From IMG/VR virus record IMGVR_UViG_3300030055_000004: a stretch of DNA of 64,000 nt. The stretch is one strand, 5' to 3'. Below the pieces are notes generated by a model, which was not told the DNA's origin, did no database searches, and saw only the letters and a list, made by a program, of their open reading frames with translations. Position numbers and translations under genes: made by a program. Shown here in pieces: positions 10,925 to 22,408 of this stretch (position 1 is the stretch's first letter; every line of letters starts with the position of its first letter). This DNA is from a virus (taxonomy: Duplodnaviria; Heunggongvirae; Uroviricota; Caudoviricetes).

Positions 10925-13900
10925 ATGAAAAATCTACCAAATTTATCTATAGAAAAACAACTATATTTATCTTATATTCCAAAAGAAGGTACATTATCAA
11001 ATGTTTATAATCCTTTAAGAAATTTATTAACTAATGATGGAGTTATAAATAACTTTACAACTTCAAATTTAGATTTAGATTTAAATTCACCTATTAATAT
11101 AGAAATTCAACCTTCTTTTGATGGGAGTGTTAATTTAATAATAAATAATGATAAGATAAAACCTAAATTAATTAATTCTAGATTTTCAGTTCAAGAAAAT
11201 AATACATATACAATTATAGATCATAAAGGTAATAAAGATACTAATTTATATGAAGATTTGCAATTAGATCTTGATACTAGATTATATAAAACTATTAATC
11301 AAATTCCTTCATTAGAATTTGAAGGTTTAACTATTAATGGTAAAATGAAATGTGGTGGTTATCATTTTTATTTTAAATTTACTGATAATGATGGAAATGA
11401 AACTGATTTTATATCAGAATCTGGTCTAGTAACTTGTCATATTGGTAATCTTAATGATCCATTCTCTATACGAATGGGAATGCAAAATGAAGATTCTAAA
11501 AAAGCAATTAAATTTAAACTTACTAATTTAGATACTTCTTTTGATTTTATTAAAGTGTATTATACAAGAACAACATCTGATAGTAGTCAACAAGATGTAA
11601 CAACAGCACATTTAATTGATAATAAATATGTAATTAATGGTAATATCGCTGAAATACTAATAAGTGGATTTGAAAATGTTATAGATATATCATTAACTGA
11701 TATAAATCCTTTATATGAAATTGCAAATTCTGTTAAAGCACAAGCTCAATGTCAGAATATGTTATTTTTTGGAAATATATTTAAACCTGAAATACCTTAT
11801 CAAGAACTAGAAGATTTAAGTTTACAATTTATACCTAAATTAGCTAATAAAGAATCTATTGGTAATTTAGATGGTAGTTATAATGATAAATCAGGACAAA
11901 AATTATTTGAATATTATAATACAAAAAATATTTATTACAATTTAGGATTATGACCTGAAGAATATTATAGATTAGGTATTGTATATTTATTAAATGATTA
12001 TACATTATCACCAGTTTTTAATACTAGAGGTTTAGATTTTACTAATTATAATTATCAAAATTATTCTGTATTTACAGATGAAACTAAATTAATACGTAAT
12101 TATATAAATGTGGATGAATCAAATTATTTAGTAAATAAATTAAATACTTTTGAAAATTCAAAAGGAGTTATTAAATTAAATAAAGAACAAGTGATATTTT
12201 CTGATGGTGTAAAACCAATTGGATTAAGTTTTAATATATCTTCTGAAACTATAACAGAATTAAAAAAATATACTAAAGGATTTTTTATTGTTAGACAAGA
12301 ACGTATTCCTACTATATATGCGCAAGGATTAAATATTAGTAAAACAGAAAAAGATTATGGAAATATTCCAGTATTAAGAATAGATGGAAAAGGTATTACT
12401 CAATCATTTCTTACCCCAAAATTATTACTAGGGACAACACAATTAACAACTACTAATATTTCAAATAAAGCAGCTATAGTTCCTGAAGCTGAAATAAGAG
12501 AATCATTATTTAGTCAATTATTTACATCTTCTGAATATAAATTAACAAGTGCTTTTGAACAGAGTGAATTACTAACACAAGTAAATAATAATTTTATAAT
12601 AGATAGAAATGTAACTTTATCAAATGATAATATAAGATCATCATTATTAACTATGGTTAAAGATGGTTTAAAATTAACTACAAATGGTACTGATTATTTT
12701 TCAGCAAAATCAGGAGAAGCAGAGGAAGCTTGATTAACAAATGATTTAACTAATCAATGAACTACTAAAGATGATCCAAGTGATTTAAATGAAACTGCTG
12801 CAAAAGTAAATGATCCATTGACAACAAGTTCTAATTTAATTAGAGGAATGTATGGATCATATGTTGGATTATCTAATGGATCATTAGAATTTGGGACTAT
12901 TTTCAATGTAGGGGTTATATTTAATGTAAGACCTATAGATTTTAGTAATTCTGATGACTATAAATTAAATATGTTTAAAGTAAGAATGGATTCATCTGAA
13001 CCATATTCTGCAGTTAGTGATAGACTTTCTTGAGATACTTTTATTAGTAATGGTTTAAATGTATATAGAGGTGATTGTTTTGTCTGTAATTTTACACATA
13101 GAATGAATCGTAATTTTATTGATCCAGATTTACCAACAAATACTAAAATAATAGATGTAAATACTTGAAAAAAGAATTATACTGTTTATCAAGATGGTGT
13201 TGCAGATAATTTAGCTGCTAATAGAGTTTTAATTAGTTATAAACAAAAAGGAACTGATACACCTATTGAACCTTCAGATGCTAGTTATGCAAATAAAGGA
13301 TCTGGTGTAAGTTCTTTATTGGGTGGTGGTGATGATTCCTATAAAATTAAAGGTGCTGATAAAATAAATAGAGCAGATGTAAATAGTGTTCAATTAGGTC
13401 AATGAGTTACTTTTAAAGTTATGTCTAATATAAATTTATCTATGCGAGATATAGATTATAGTAATACTGCAGAAGAAGCTATATTTGGACATAAACGTAG
13501 TTTTTACCCATTACAACCAATGTCTTCAGAAGGTCCATTTAAATTACCAGATTCTTCTGTAATAAACGGAGCTGCTAATTTAACATTATCAGAACGTAAA
13601 AACTTTATTATACCTGATGTGCCATTTATTAAAAATAAATTTGATACAAGAATTTTATATTCTGATATACATGTAACAGATGCATTTAAAAATGGTTATA
13701 GAGTATTTGAAGGAGGGCATTATCAAGATTATACTAAAACATATGGATCTATAGTAGATTTAAAAGAATGGTATGGAAGTTTATTTTGTACTATGGAACA
13801 TGGTTGTTTATTAATACCTGTAAATGAAAGGGCTATAGCTGCAGAAGGTGCAGGTGGAAATGCTTATATTAATACTTCAAATGTATTACCTGAAAATCCA

Positions 13901-15172
13901 AGAGTTATATCTGATTTATTTGGAAGTACATGACAAGAATCAATTATTAAAACAAAAACAGGTATCTATGGTTTAGATACAGTAGCTAAAAAAATCTGAT
14001 GTGCTACTTCTGGTGGAGATGGGAATATACAATTAGAAACTATATCTGATTTAAAAGTTCAAAAATTTTTAAATGATAATATAAATTTAAAAGAAGCTGA
14101 TAAAATTCCTACAATGGGATTAAAAAATGTAAAAACTCATTATAATAAAAATAAAGGAGATATATTATTTACATTTTATAATGGAATTAAAGAATGAAAT
14201 TTATGTTATAATGAAAATCTTAAGAAATTTATTACATTCTATTCATGAACTCCAAGTCATTCTGCTAATATTGATAATATATTTTTTACTTTTGATAAAA
14301 AATCAAGTAAGAATAATCTAAAATTAGATGCAAATAATAATATCTTAAAAAGTACCAATGGTTTAATGAGTCCAATTACTGGAGTTGTTGATAATAAAAT
14401 TTGAAAACATGGTCAATCTGGTATATATGATAATCAAGGATTAATAATGCCTACAAATTGGTATGGCGAATTACACCCATTTGAATTTGAATTTGTAGTA
14501 GCAGATATACCAATTGCACAAAAGATTTTTAATAATTTAAAATTAATTAGTAATAAAGTTGAACCTGAATCATTTGAATTTGAAATTGTTGGGGAAAGTT
14601 ATGATTGATTTGAAATTAAAGATTTAATTATCTGAATAAATAATCAAGTAAAATCTTATTCAACTACAAATTCTCATTTTGTTGACTTACCAACGGCATA
14701 TAAATACATTCTAGGATTAAATTTATCAGAAATTGAACAAATATATCCTAATTTTATTAGACCTTTCTCAAAAGAAGATACTTTATATGATCTATATAAA
14801 TTTCCTAAATTACCATACTTAAATAGAATTAGAAAATCTAATGGTTTATGAGAAGCTAATTCTGCAAATGTAGAATTAAGAGTAGATGATCTATTAAATG
14901 AAGACAGAATTCATACTCAACAAAATGCTAATAATATGAAAAAATATGGCAGAGTAAAAGGTAATATGCAATATAAAGAAGATGTCTGAGATGTAGAAAT
15001 TAGACCAATAACTTTTAAATATGCTTATTTAAAAAATGGCATTTTAAACTATACAGTAGGTAAAGAATTAAGAATTAGAGATAAATATGTAAAAATTAGA
15101 GTTAAATATACAGGAAAAGATTTAACTATTATACAAGCAATTAAAACAAATTTTACAATAAGTTATGCATAA
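10925..15172 (+). CDS. Muzzle / P22 gp10-like tail protein (1415 aa), 15 in-frame TGA=Trp
   Basis: One frame from ATG 10925 to TAA 15170-15172; TGA at 11951, 12731, 12758, 13031, 13166, 13403, 13931, 13997, 14195, 14246, 14402, 14606, 14633, 14849, 14987 and no TAA/TAG between. Confidence 0.8.
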
Positions 15173-16529
15173 CATTAAAAAATATCAATGAGGTGGAACC
15201 CCATATAAAGATAACCAACAAACTAGTAATGTTTGGGATTCTGCACAAGATAATATTGGAAGTATCTTAGGTAATAATTATAAAAGTTTAATTAGTGCTG
15301 TACAACCTAAAAAATTATCAATAGATTTATCAGGATTTAAAACATCTTTACCAGAAATTAAACCTATTAATTCTGCATTAACAGAAGATACAGCAAGACA
15401 AACTCGTCTTGCTGGTAATAAAAATTCATTTTTAAGTAGTGTATCTAAATATGGAAATCTTGCTGGAGACTTATCTGCATCTATGCCAAATGCTAATAAT
15501 AATCAAGGTACAAATGCTTTAAATACAGCAACAGATGCAATATCTGATACTATGATGACAGTTAATCCCGTAATTGGTGGGGCTATGAAAGTTGCTGGAT
15601 TTGCAAATAAAGGTCTTTCTGCTATAACTGGCGGGGCAACAACTATTAATGATGCTAGTAATGTGGGAGATCAATTATTAAGTAGTGATGTAATGGCATT
15701 AACTCCTGTTGGATTAGTAAATTCATTGACTAAAAAGAAAGTTGCAGGTTCAAGTTCAGCATTAGCACAAAGTGCAGCAAGTTCTGCTTATGGTGCAAGT
15801 GATGTATCTAAAAAAACTGAAATTGGTGGAGTATCTAATTTCTTTAGTAAATTATTTGGCGGTAAAGATTTAGTGAAAAGTAAACAAAAAGAAACAGCTA
15901 GAATTAATAGTGAAAATGCACAGAAAGCAACTAATCTTAGAACAAATGCATTTCAAGATCAAGCTAGAACACAAACAATACAAAATACAGGAGTTAATAA
16001 TCAATCTGTTTTAAATAATTTTGATCCATCAAAAGTATTATTATCAAAAAGAGGTTCTAAATTAGAAAAACTTAAAGAACTTAAAAATAAATCAAAAAAT
16101 ATTAAAAGCAGTCAACATGGTTCTGCACTAGATGTAATTGAATTAGATAAAAAAGGTGGAGATGTAAATGTTATTCCAAGTGGTGCATTACATGCTAGAA
16201 TAAATAATCTAGAAGATACTAATGATGAAATGACTAAAAAAGGTATTCCTGTTATTAATATAGCTAAAAAAGGAGATGTTTTAGAATTTGAAAAAGATGG
16301 TAAAACTCCTAAAGTATTAGCAGTAGGTGGTGAAGTTATTCAACATGCAGAAATTGAACGTGATGAAGTTATTCTTCATTTATCATTAACAAATCAACTT
16401 GAAAAACTTAAAAAAAATAATACACTAGAATCTGCAATAGAAGCTGGTAAATTACTTTCAAAAGAATTAATGGAGAATATAGAAGATAATACTGGTTTAA
16501 TTGATAAAGTAACAGAAAATGAAAATTAA
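15165..16529 (+). CDS. Putative ejected cargo protein (454 aa), TGA=Trp at 15189
   Basis: MHNIKKYQ-W-GG start in frame with ORF 15483..16529; Gly/Ala-rich hydrophobic segments; no Cys. Confidence 0.65.
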
Positions 16530-17094
16530 AATTGGAGAACAAGAATATAATGTTCAAATAGCAGAAACAGAAGAAGAAAAAGAAAATGGATTACAACATA
16601 CTAGGTATCTTCCAAATAATGAAGGAATGTTATTTGTATATGATGAACCTGATGAAGTTAGTTTTTGAATGAAAGATACTCCTTTAGCATTAGATATAAT
16701 TTTTATTAATGATGATTATGAAGTTACATCTATACATAAAGGAGAACCTAATTCTGAAACTCCTATGACAGGTCAAGATGTTAAATTTGTTTTAGAATTA
16801 AATGTAAATTCTGAAGTTAAAATTGGAGATGAATTAGAATTTCCAGATGATAAACAATCCATTAGTAAAATGTTAGTATTAAATGAAAAAGGAGATACTC
16901 AAATGGAATTAGATGGAGGAGAAAGAATTTTTAGTAGACCAAATACTAAAACTCTTATTAAAATGGCTAATAAAGCATATTTATCAAAAAAAGATTCAGA
17001 TTATAAAGCATTAGGACTTAAAGTTTTTAAATTTTTAGAAATACAAGATAATAACAAAGCGGAATTCGTAGAACCGCCAACTAAAAAAGAATAA
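16519..17094 (+). CDS. DUF192-family protein with extra C-terminal domain (191 aa), TGA=Trp at 16666
   Basis: GMLFV...F-W-MKDT..LDIIF DUF192 signature, with TGA at the conserved Trp. Confidence 0.85.
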
Positions 17095-17095
17095 T

Positions 17096-17575
17096 ATGGA
17101 TTTAAAAGAAAAATTATCAGAACATTTTACAGTAGAAGAAGTTGTTTCATCCCCTACTGCTGAAAAGTATAAAATTAATAATGAACCTTCTATCTCACAG
17201 TGAGTTAGAATTAAATCATTAATTACAAATTTGTTAGAACCATCTAGAGTTGCATTAGGACATCCATTCATAGTAAATTCTATATTTAGATCTACAAAAT
17301 TAAATGAAAGAGTAAAAGGTTCAGGAACTTCACAACATTGTGCAAATAATGGTGCAGCTGCTGATATTGAATGCCCTGAATTAGGTAATGACGTATTATT
17401 TACTTATTTACTTGAACATACTGATTTTGATCAATTAATTTGAGAATATGGAACAACAAAATCTCCTGATTGAGTGCATGTTAGTTATGATTCACATAGA
17501 TTAAATAGAAAACAAGCATTAAGATGTACAAAAGATAAGAATGGTAATCCTAAATATATTTCCTATAAAAAATAG
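17096..17575 (+). CDS. Peptidase M15 family Zn peptidase, putative endolysin (159 aa), TGA=Trp at 17201, 17441, 17471
   Basis: LSEHFTVEE, NSIFRS..LN..V.G..TSQH...AAD, FDQLI-W-E, D-W-VHVS motifs; ends TAG. Confidence 0.88.
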
Positions 17576-17582
17576 TTAATAT

Positions 17583-17614
17583 CTTTTTTATTACAAAAAA
17601 TATGAGTAAATTTG
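17583..17614 (+). promoter_or_regulatory. Possible Bacteroidota-type promoter for the Ala/Gln-rich gene
   Basis: TAAATTTG -7 box at 17607-17614; -33 position is T-rich but not TTTG. Confidence 0.45.
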
Positions 17615-17655
17615 CAACAATATATATCAATAAATCTTTAAAGAAAAATTAAATT

Positions 17656-17976
17656 ATGAATTTCAAAGTTAAAAAATACCAAGAAGGTGGAGCTGCTCCT
17701 GCAGCAGACGATCAAGCTGCTGCTCCTGCACAAGGTGCTCAAGATCAAGGTGGGGCTCCTGCAGAACAAGGGCAAGATCCTATGATGCAAATTGTACAAG
17801 CTGCTGCACAAGCAGTTCAAGCTAAAGATCCTAATATGGCATTACAAGTTTGTCAAGCTTTAGTGCAATTAGTACAACAAGCCCAAGGTGGTGGAGCTAA
17901 TGGTGCAGGTGGGGAACAACCACAACCAGCACCTACTTACCAAAGAAAAGGTGGTGTTATTAGTAGAATAAAATAA
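17656..17976 (+). CDS. Small Ala/Gln/Gly-rich protein with KKYQEGG and QRKGG motifs (106 aa)
   Basis: Clean ORF, strongly biased codons, flanked by promoter-like and terminator elements. Confidence 0.8.
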   Translation: MNFKVKKYQEGGAAPAADDQAAAPAQGAQDQGGAPAEQGQDPMMQIVQAAAQAVQAKDPNMALQVCQALVQLVQQAQGGGANGAGGEQPQPAPTYQRKGGVISRIK

Positions 17977-17977
17977 G

Positions 17978-18003
17978 AAAAAAGGGAGAAATCCCTTTTT
18001 TTT
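17978..18003. terminator. Intrinsic terminator, potentially bidirectional
   Basis: AAAAAAGGGA-GAAA-TCCCTTTTTTTT. Confidence 0.85.
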
Positions 18004-18036
18004 ATTATTCAACTGAGAACCAATTTAAAAAATAGT

Positions 18037-18453
18037 ATGAATGAATTACAAATAACACATGAAGATATTACTGGAAAAATGTCAAAACCGGTAAGACAAT
18101 TAAAAAATAATCAATTAATTAAACTCTGAAAATCTTCTAAAGAAGCTGAAAAAGAAGGAGGATTTAACCCATCATCTATAAGAGATGTTTGTTCTGGAAG
18201 ACGAAAAGTACATAAAGGATTTGAATGGGAATATGATAATGAAGAAGATATTTTTTCACAAAAAAATGGAAATGTGGGTATAAAAAAACCTATACAATGT
18301 ATTTACCCTAATGGAGATATAGAAATCTTTGAATCTAAAAAAGATGTTTCTGTAAAATTAAATTTAAAAGAAACAACTGTACAAAATATAGTATTAAACA
18401 AAACCAAACAAAAACAACTTTTCACATTAAGTTATAAACATGGCACAAATTAA
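18037..18453 (+). CDS. Stand-alone tandem NUMOD1-type DNA-binding protein without a nuclease domain (138 aa), TGA=Trp at 18127
   Basis: KPVRQLKNNQLIKL-W-KSSKEAEK..F..SSIRDVCSGRRKVHKGFEWEY, plus a second KPIQC..EIFES.K..S..L repeat; absent from the ORF track. Confidence 0.72.
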
Positions 18454-21400
18454 AAAATTACAAAAAGGAGGGGGTATTTCAAATACTACACCAACACCAC
18501 CTATAGATACTAATAGTATTACATATAAAGGAGTTAATTTTGATAAAAATTCATTAATAAATAGTTATAAAGATTATCTAAAAACAACTGCTCAAAATAA
18601 TGTAACTGGTTTTGGACAAGCTGATCAATATAAAGATATTGATGAACATTTAAATAAAAGAATAGGTGATTTACAAAACTCTACAGTTATAAATGAAAAT
18701 CCAAATTTTACTACAGCTCCTGTACAAGTTAATGGAATTACAGGGTTAAATAAATTTTTAGATAGTGGTGATAAATCAAAATCGCAACAATTTGAAAATG
18801 AAGCATTTTATAATTTTCTTAATAAATCTGTTGAATTAAATAAACAATCACCTACATCTACAACTACTACAGGAGATGATAAATATCATCGTTTTAATTC
18901 AATTATTGGGAGTATTATTCATAATGATTATGGAAATAAAGAAGAAGGATTTAAAACTGGGTGAAGTACTATAGACCCAACTGCAAAAAAAGCTAGAGTA
19001 AAACAAGCAATAGTTACAGAATTAACAAATCTTAAAAATTCTGGAGATAAAAAAGTTTTAGGATTAGATGAAGAAACTGCAACAAAATTAAAAAATGGAG
19101 ATGCAGATAAATATATTACTGAAATACCAGGAGCTACTGATAAACGCTTAGCTGAAATAGCTGGACATTTAGGATTAAATACTGAGTTATCTGATTTATT
19201 ACAACCTACAACAACAGAAGTAGAAAATAAACGATTAGCAGATGCAACAGCACAGGCTACAGCAGATGCAAATGCATTGACTGCTACTAATACTGCTTTA
19301 GCACATCAAACTTTACTTGATAAAATTAATGCTCGTAAAGCCTATAATATAAAAGTAAAAGCATTTAATGCTGCAAATCAAGCAAATGCAGATAAATATA
19401 ATTTACAAAAGAATAAAGCATTTAATATAACACATACACCAGAATCTGGTACTGGTACAGTAAATGAGTTACTTGATCCGAATAAATGAACAGGTGCTGG
19501 TGCATTAGATACATTATCTTTAGTTGGTGATGCTGCTAGTTTTATACCAGGAGTTGGGGCAATAGGGGGATTAGTAGCTACTGGTGCTACTTTAGGTTCT
19601 GATTTAATGAGGGGTAAAGATACAGGAGAAATTGTAAAGAATTTAGGTATGAATTTAGGATTTACAGCTTTATCTTTATTACCTGGAATTGGTGGAGCTA
19701 CTAAATTAGCTAGTAAAGCAGCATTAGAATCTGCAAAAGTGGCACATGGTATAAAAACTGTAGAAGAGTTAGCTAAAATTGAAAAAGCAGCTAATGCAGT
19801 TATTACATCAGAAAAAGCTGTATCAGGTGGAATTAAGACTGCTAAAGTACTTGAAGCTGAAAAAGCTTTAGAAGGTGTAGAAAAAATGAGAGAAGCTAGT
19901 ACAATAGCTGAAAAAGTTGTAAATACTGGATCTACATTAGCTGAGAAACATGGAATGCCTACAATAATAAAAGCTGCTAATAAAGTAGCTTCTATTGCAA
20001 ATCCAAATGCATTAGGTTTATTAGGGACTGTTGGTAGAACTGGATTAGTAGGTACAGGTTTATATGGTGGATATCAAGCAGGTAAACAAACTATTCAAGA
20101 TATTACAACTGGATATAATCAATCTGATAAAGAGGGAAATGATGTTTTAGAAAATATTAAAGGAGGTTTAGGAAATATTTCTGCAAATGATGCAAAAGGA
20201 TTACTTTATGGAGTAATGGCTGGAAAAGGTCTATATAATAGAGCATTAAGAGGTGCAGGTACAAATATTGCAAAAGGAGAGATAAATAATGCATCTGAAG
20301 TTGGATCAAAAGTTAATTTAAAAGGATTACCTGAAGGAGTTAATAAAGAAGTATTAATTAAAGATATGAAAAATCCTAAAGTGGATATTGATGCACATCT
20401 AGATTTACAAAAAGTTCCAAAACTATCTGAAATTGAAACTTTAAAAACTCAACCTTCACCAGAAAATGAAATTAAAATTGCTGAATTAACTAAACAAGTA
20501 GATGCTTTAGAAGCTGCTAAAAATACAGCAACTGTAGATAGGACATCTTCTATAAAAAGTAAATTAGGTGTTAATACTACTAAAGAACAATATGATCCTA
20601 ATGAAAGAGTTCTTAAAACAGAAGTAGATCCTAGATCTTGGTATACTCAAAAATTTCAACAAAAAGCAATAAATAAAATTAATGCTCGTGAAAATACATA
20701 TAAATTAGGTATGGATGAATCTGATGCAAAATTAAAAAAATTACGAGATTTAGTAGAAACAAAAGAAACACCTGTTACAACAAAACCTATAGTAATTGAA
20801 AAACCAATTGAAGTAAAACCTGAAAGTATAGAAACAAAAAAAGTATCACAACCACAAGAAGATACAATTAGAAAAGAAAGAAAACCTTTACCAGAAGTTA
20901 GTGCTTCTCAAAAGAAAATTAATAAGACTAAAGCTAAAGAAGCAATGACTAGATTAAAAGATACAGGAAAAATTAAACCTAGTTTAAAACAAGGTGGTTT
21001 AATACCAATGTTTCAAAATTCTGGAATATTAAAATTTCAAAGAACTCCAACAAATGATTATAATCCTTGGGAATCTCCACTATATAAAGATGATATAAAT
21101 AAAAGTAATAAAGCTAACTGGATAGCAGGTAATGCATCAAATGCAACTTCATTTACTTATAAAGCACCTGCATTAGTACCTGGGAAAGTTTTACCAGAAG
21201 TAACTGTTGTTGGAAAAAAATCTTTGATCACTACTAAAAATCCATTAGTTAATACATTTATAAAACCAACTGCAATAACTCCAGTAAGTAATAATTTAAC
21301 TATACCAAATATTGCAGAACCTATAAAATATTTAGCAGGGCAAGCAACTAATAAACAAAATTTACAAACAGCTATAGAACATCTTACTCCAGTATTAGAT

Positions 21401-22408
21401 ACTCCATTTCAAAAAGCTACTGTAGATAAAAATTGGTTACCTATTCAAGAACAAACTAATAGAACTGCAGTAGAAACACAAAGAATAGCTTCAAAACCAA
21501 TGACTTCAAATGCTAGTTTACAAGCAGCATCTAATTTAGAAGGTGCAACTAAAGCAAATGAAATTAGAACACAAGGTACTGAAAAAGCATGAGGAGTTCA
21601 AGAAGAAAATAAACAAAATGCCAATGCTGTTGCAAATGAAAATGCACAATTAAGAAATGCAACTGCTAATAAAAATCTTGCTACAATGTCAGCATACAGA
21701 GGTGTTATTGGTAATTTAGTTGCTGGAAAAAGGATGCAAGATTATGCTAATCTTACTAAATTTATTGATGCTACATCTAAAAGAATTACTGATAGAAATA
21801 TAGTTAAATATGAGTATGATATAAATGCACAAAAACAAGGTTTAATAGATACATATAAAACTAGTTTAAAACCATTACAAGATAAATTTGATTTTGAATA
21901 TGGAACATCTGGAGAAAATGTAGTTAATACACCAGAATATAAAACTTGGCAAGAACAACAACAAGGTTTAAAACCTGGAGATTATGGATATTATTCATGA
22001 GAATCTAATAAAAATGCAGTAAATAGAGATGCATATACTAATAGAATGACTGAATTAAACAGAAATCTATCTAATACACAAAAAAGAGCTATGGAAACTT
22101 ATGATATAAGTTCACAAGGTCTTAATAAATATTATGATCCTACTGGGTATACAATTAAAAAACCTAATTGATTTCCTACATTTGGAAATACACCTGCAAA
22201 ATTTAAAAAAGGTGGTTCAGTAGATACTATAACTCCAGGACAAAAATATGAAATTGAAATTTTGAAATTAAAACAAAAAGATAAAGAACACGGAGATAAA
22301 AATTTTCAAACAACATTAGATAGAACTGATAAAAATACTTCTAAAGTATTGGATGGTTTATCTAAAGAAAAATTAATGTTATTAAAAACAGTATTAGGAA
22401 CTAAATAA
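18440..22408 (+). CDS. Large ejected cargo protein with Gly-rich hydrophobic helices (1322 aa), TGA=Trp at 18962, 19487, 21590, 21998, 22169
   Basis: Four track ORFs plus linkers in one frame, ending TAA 22406-22408; hydrophobic G/A-rich segment around aa 350-430. Confidence 0.75.
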
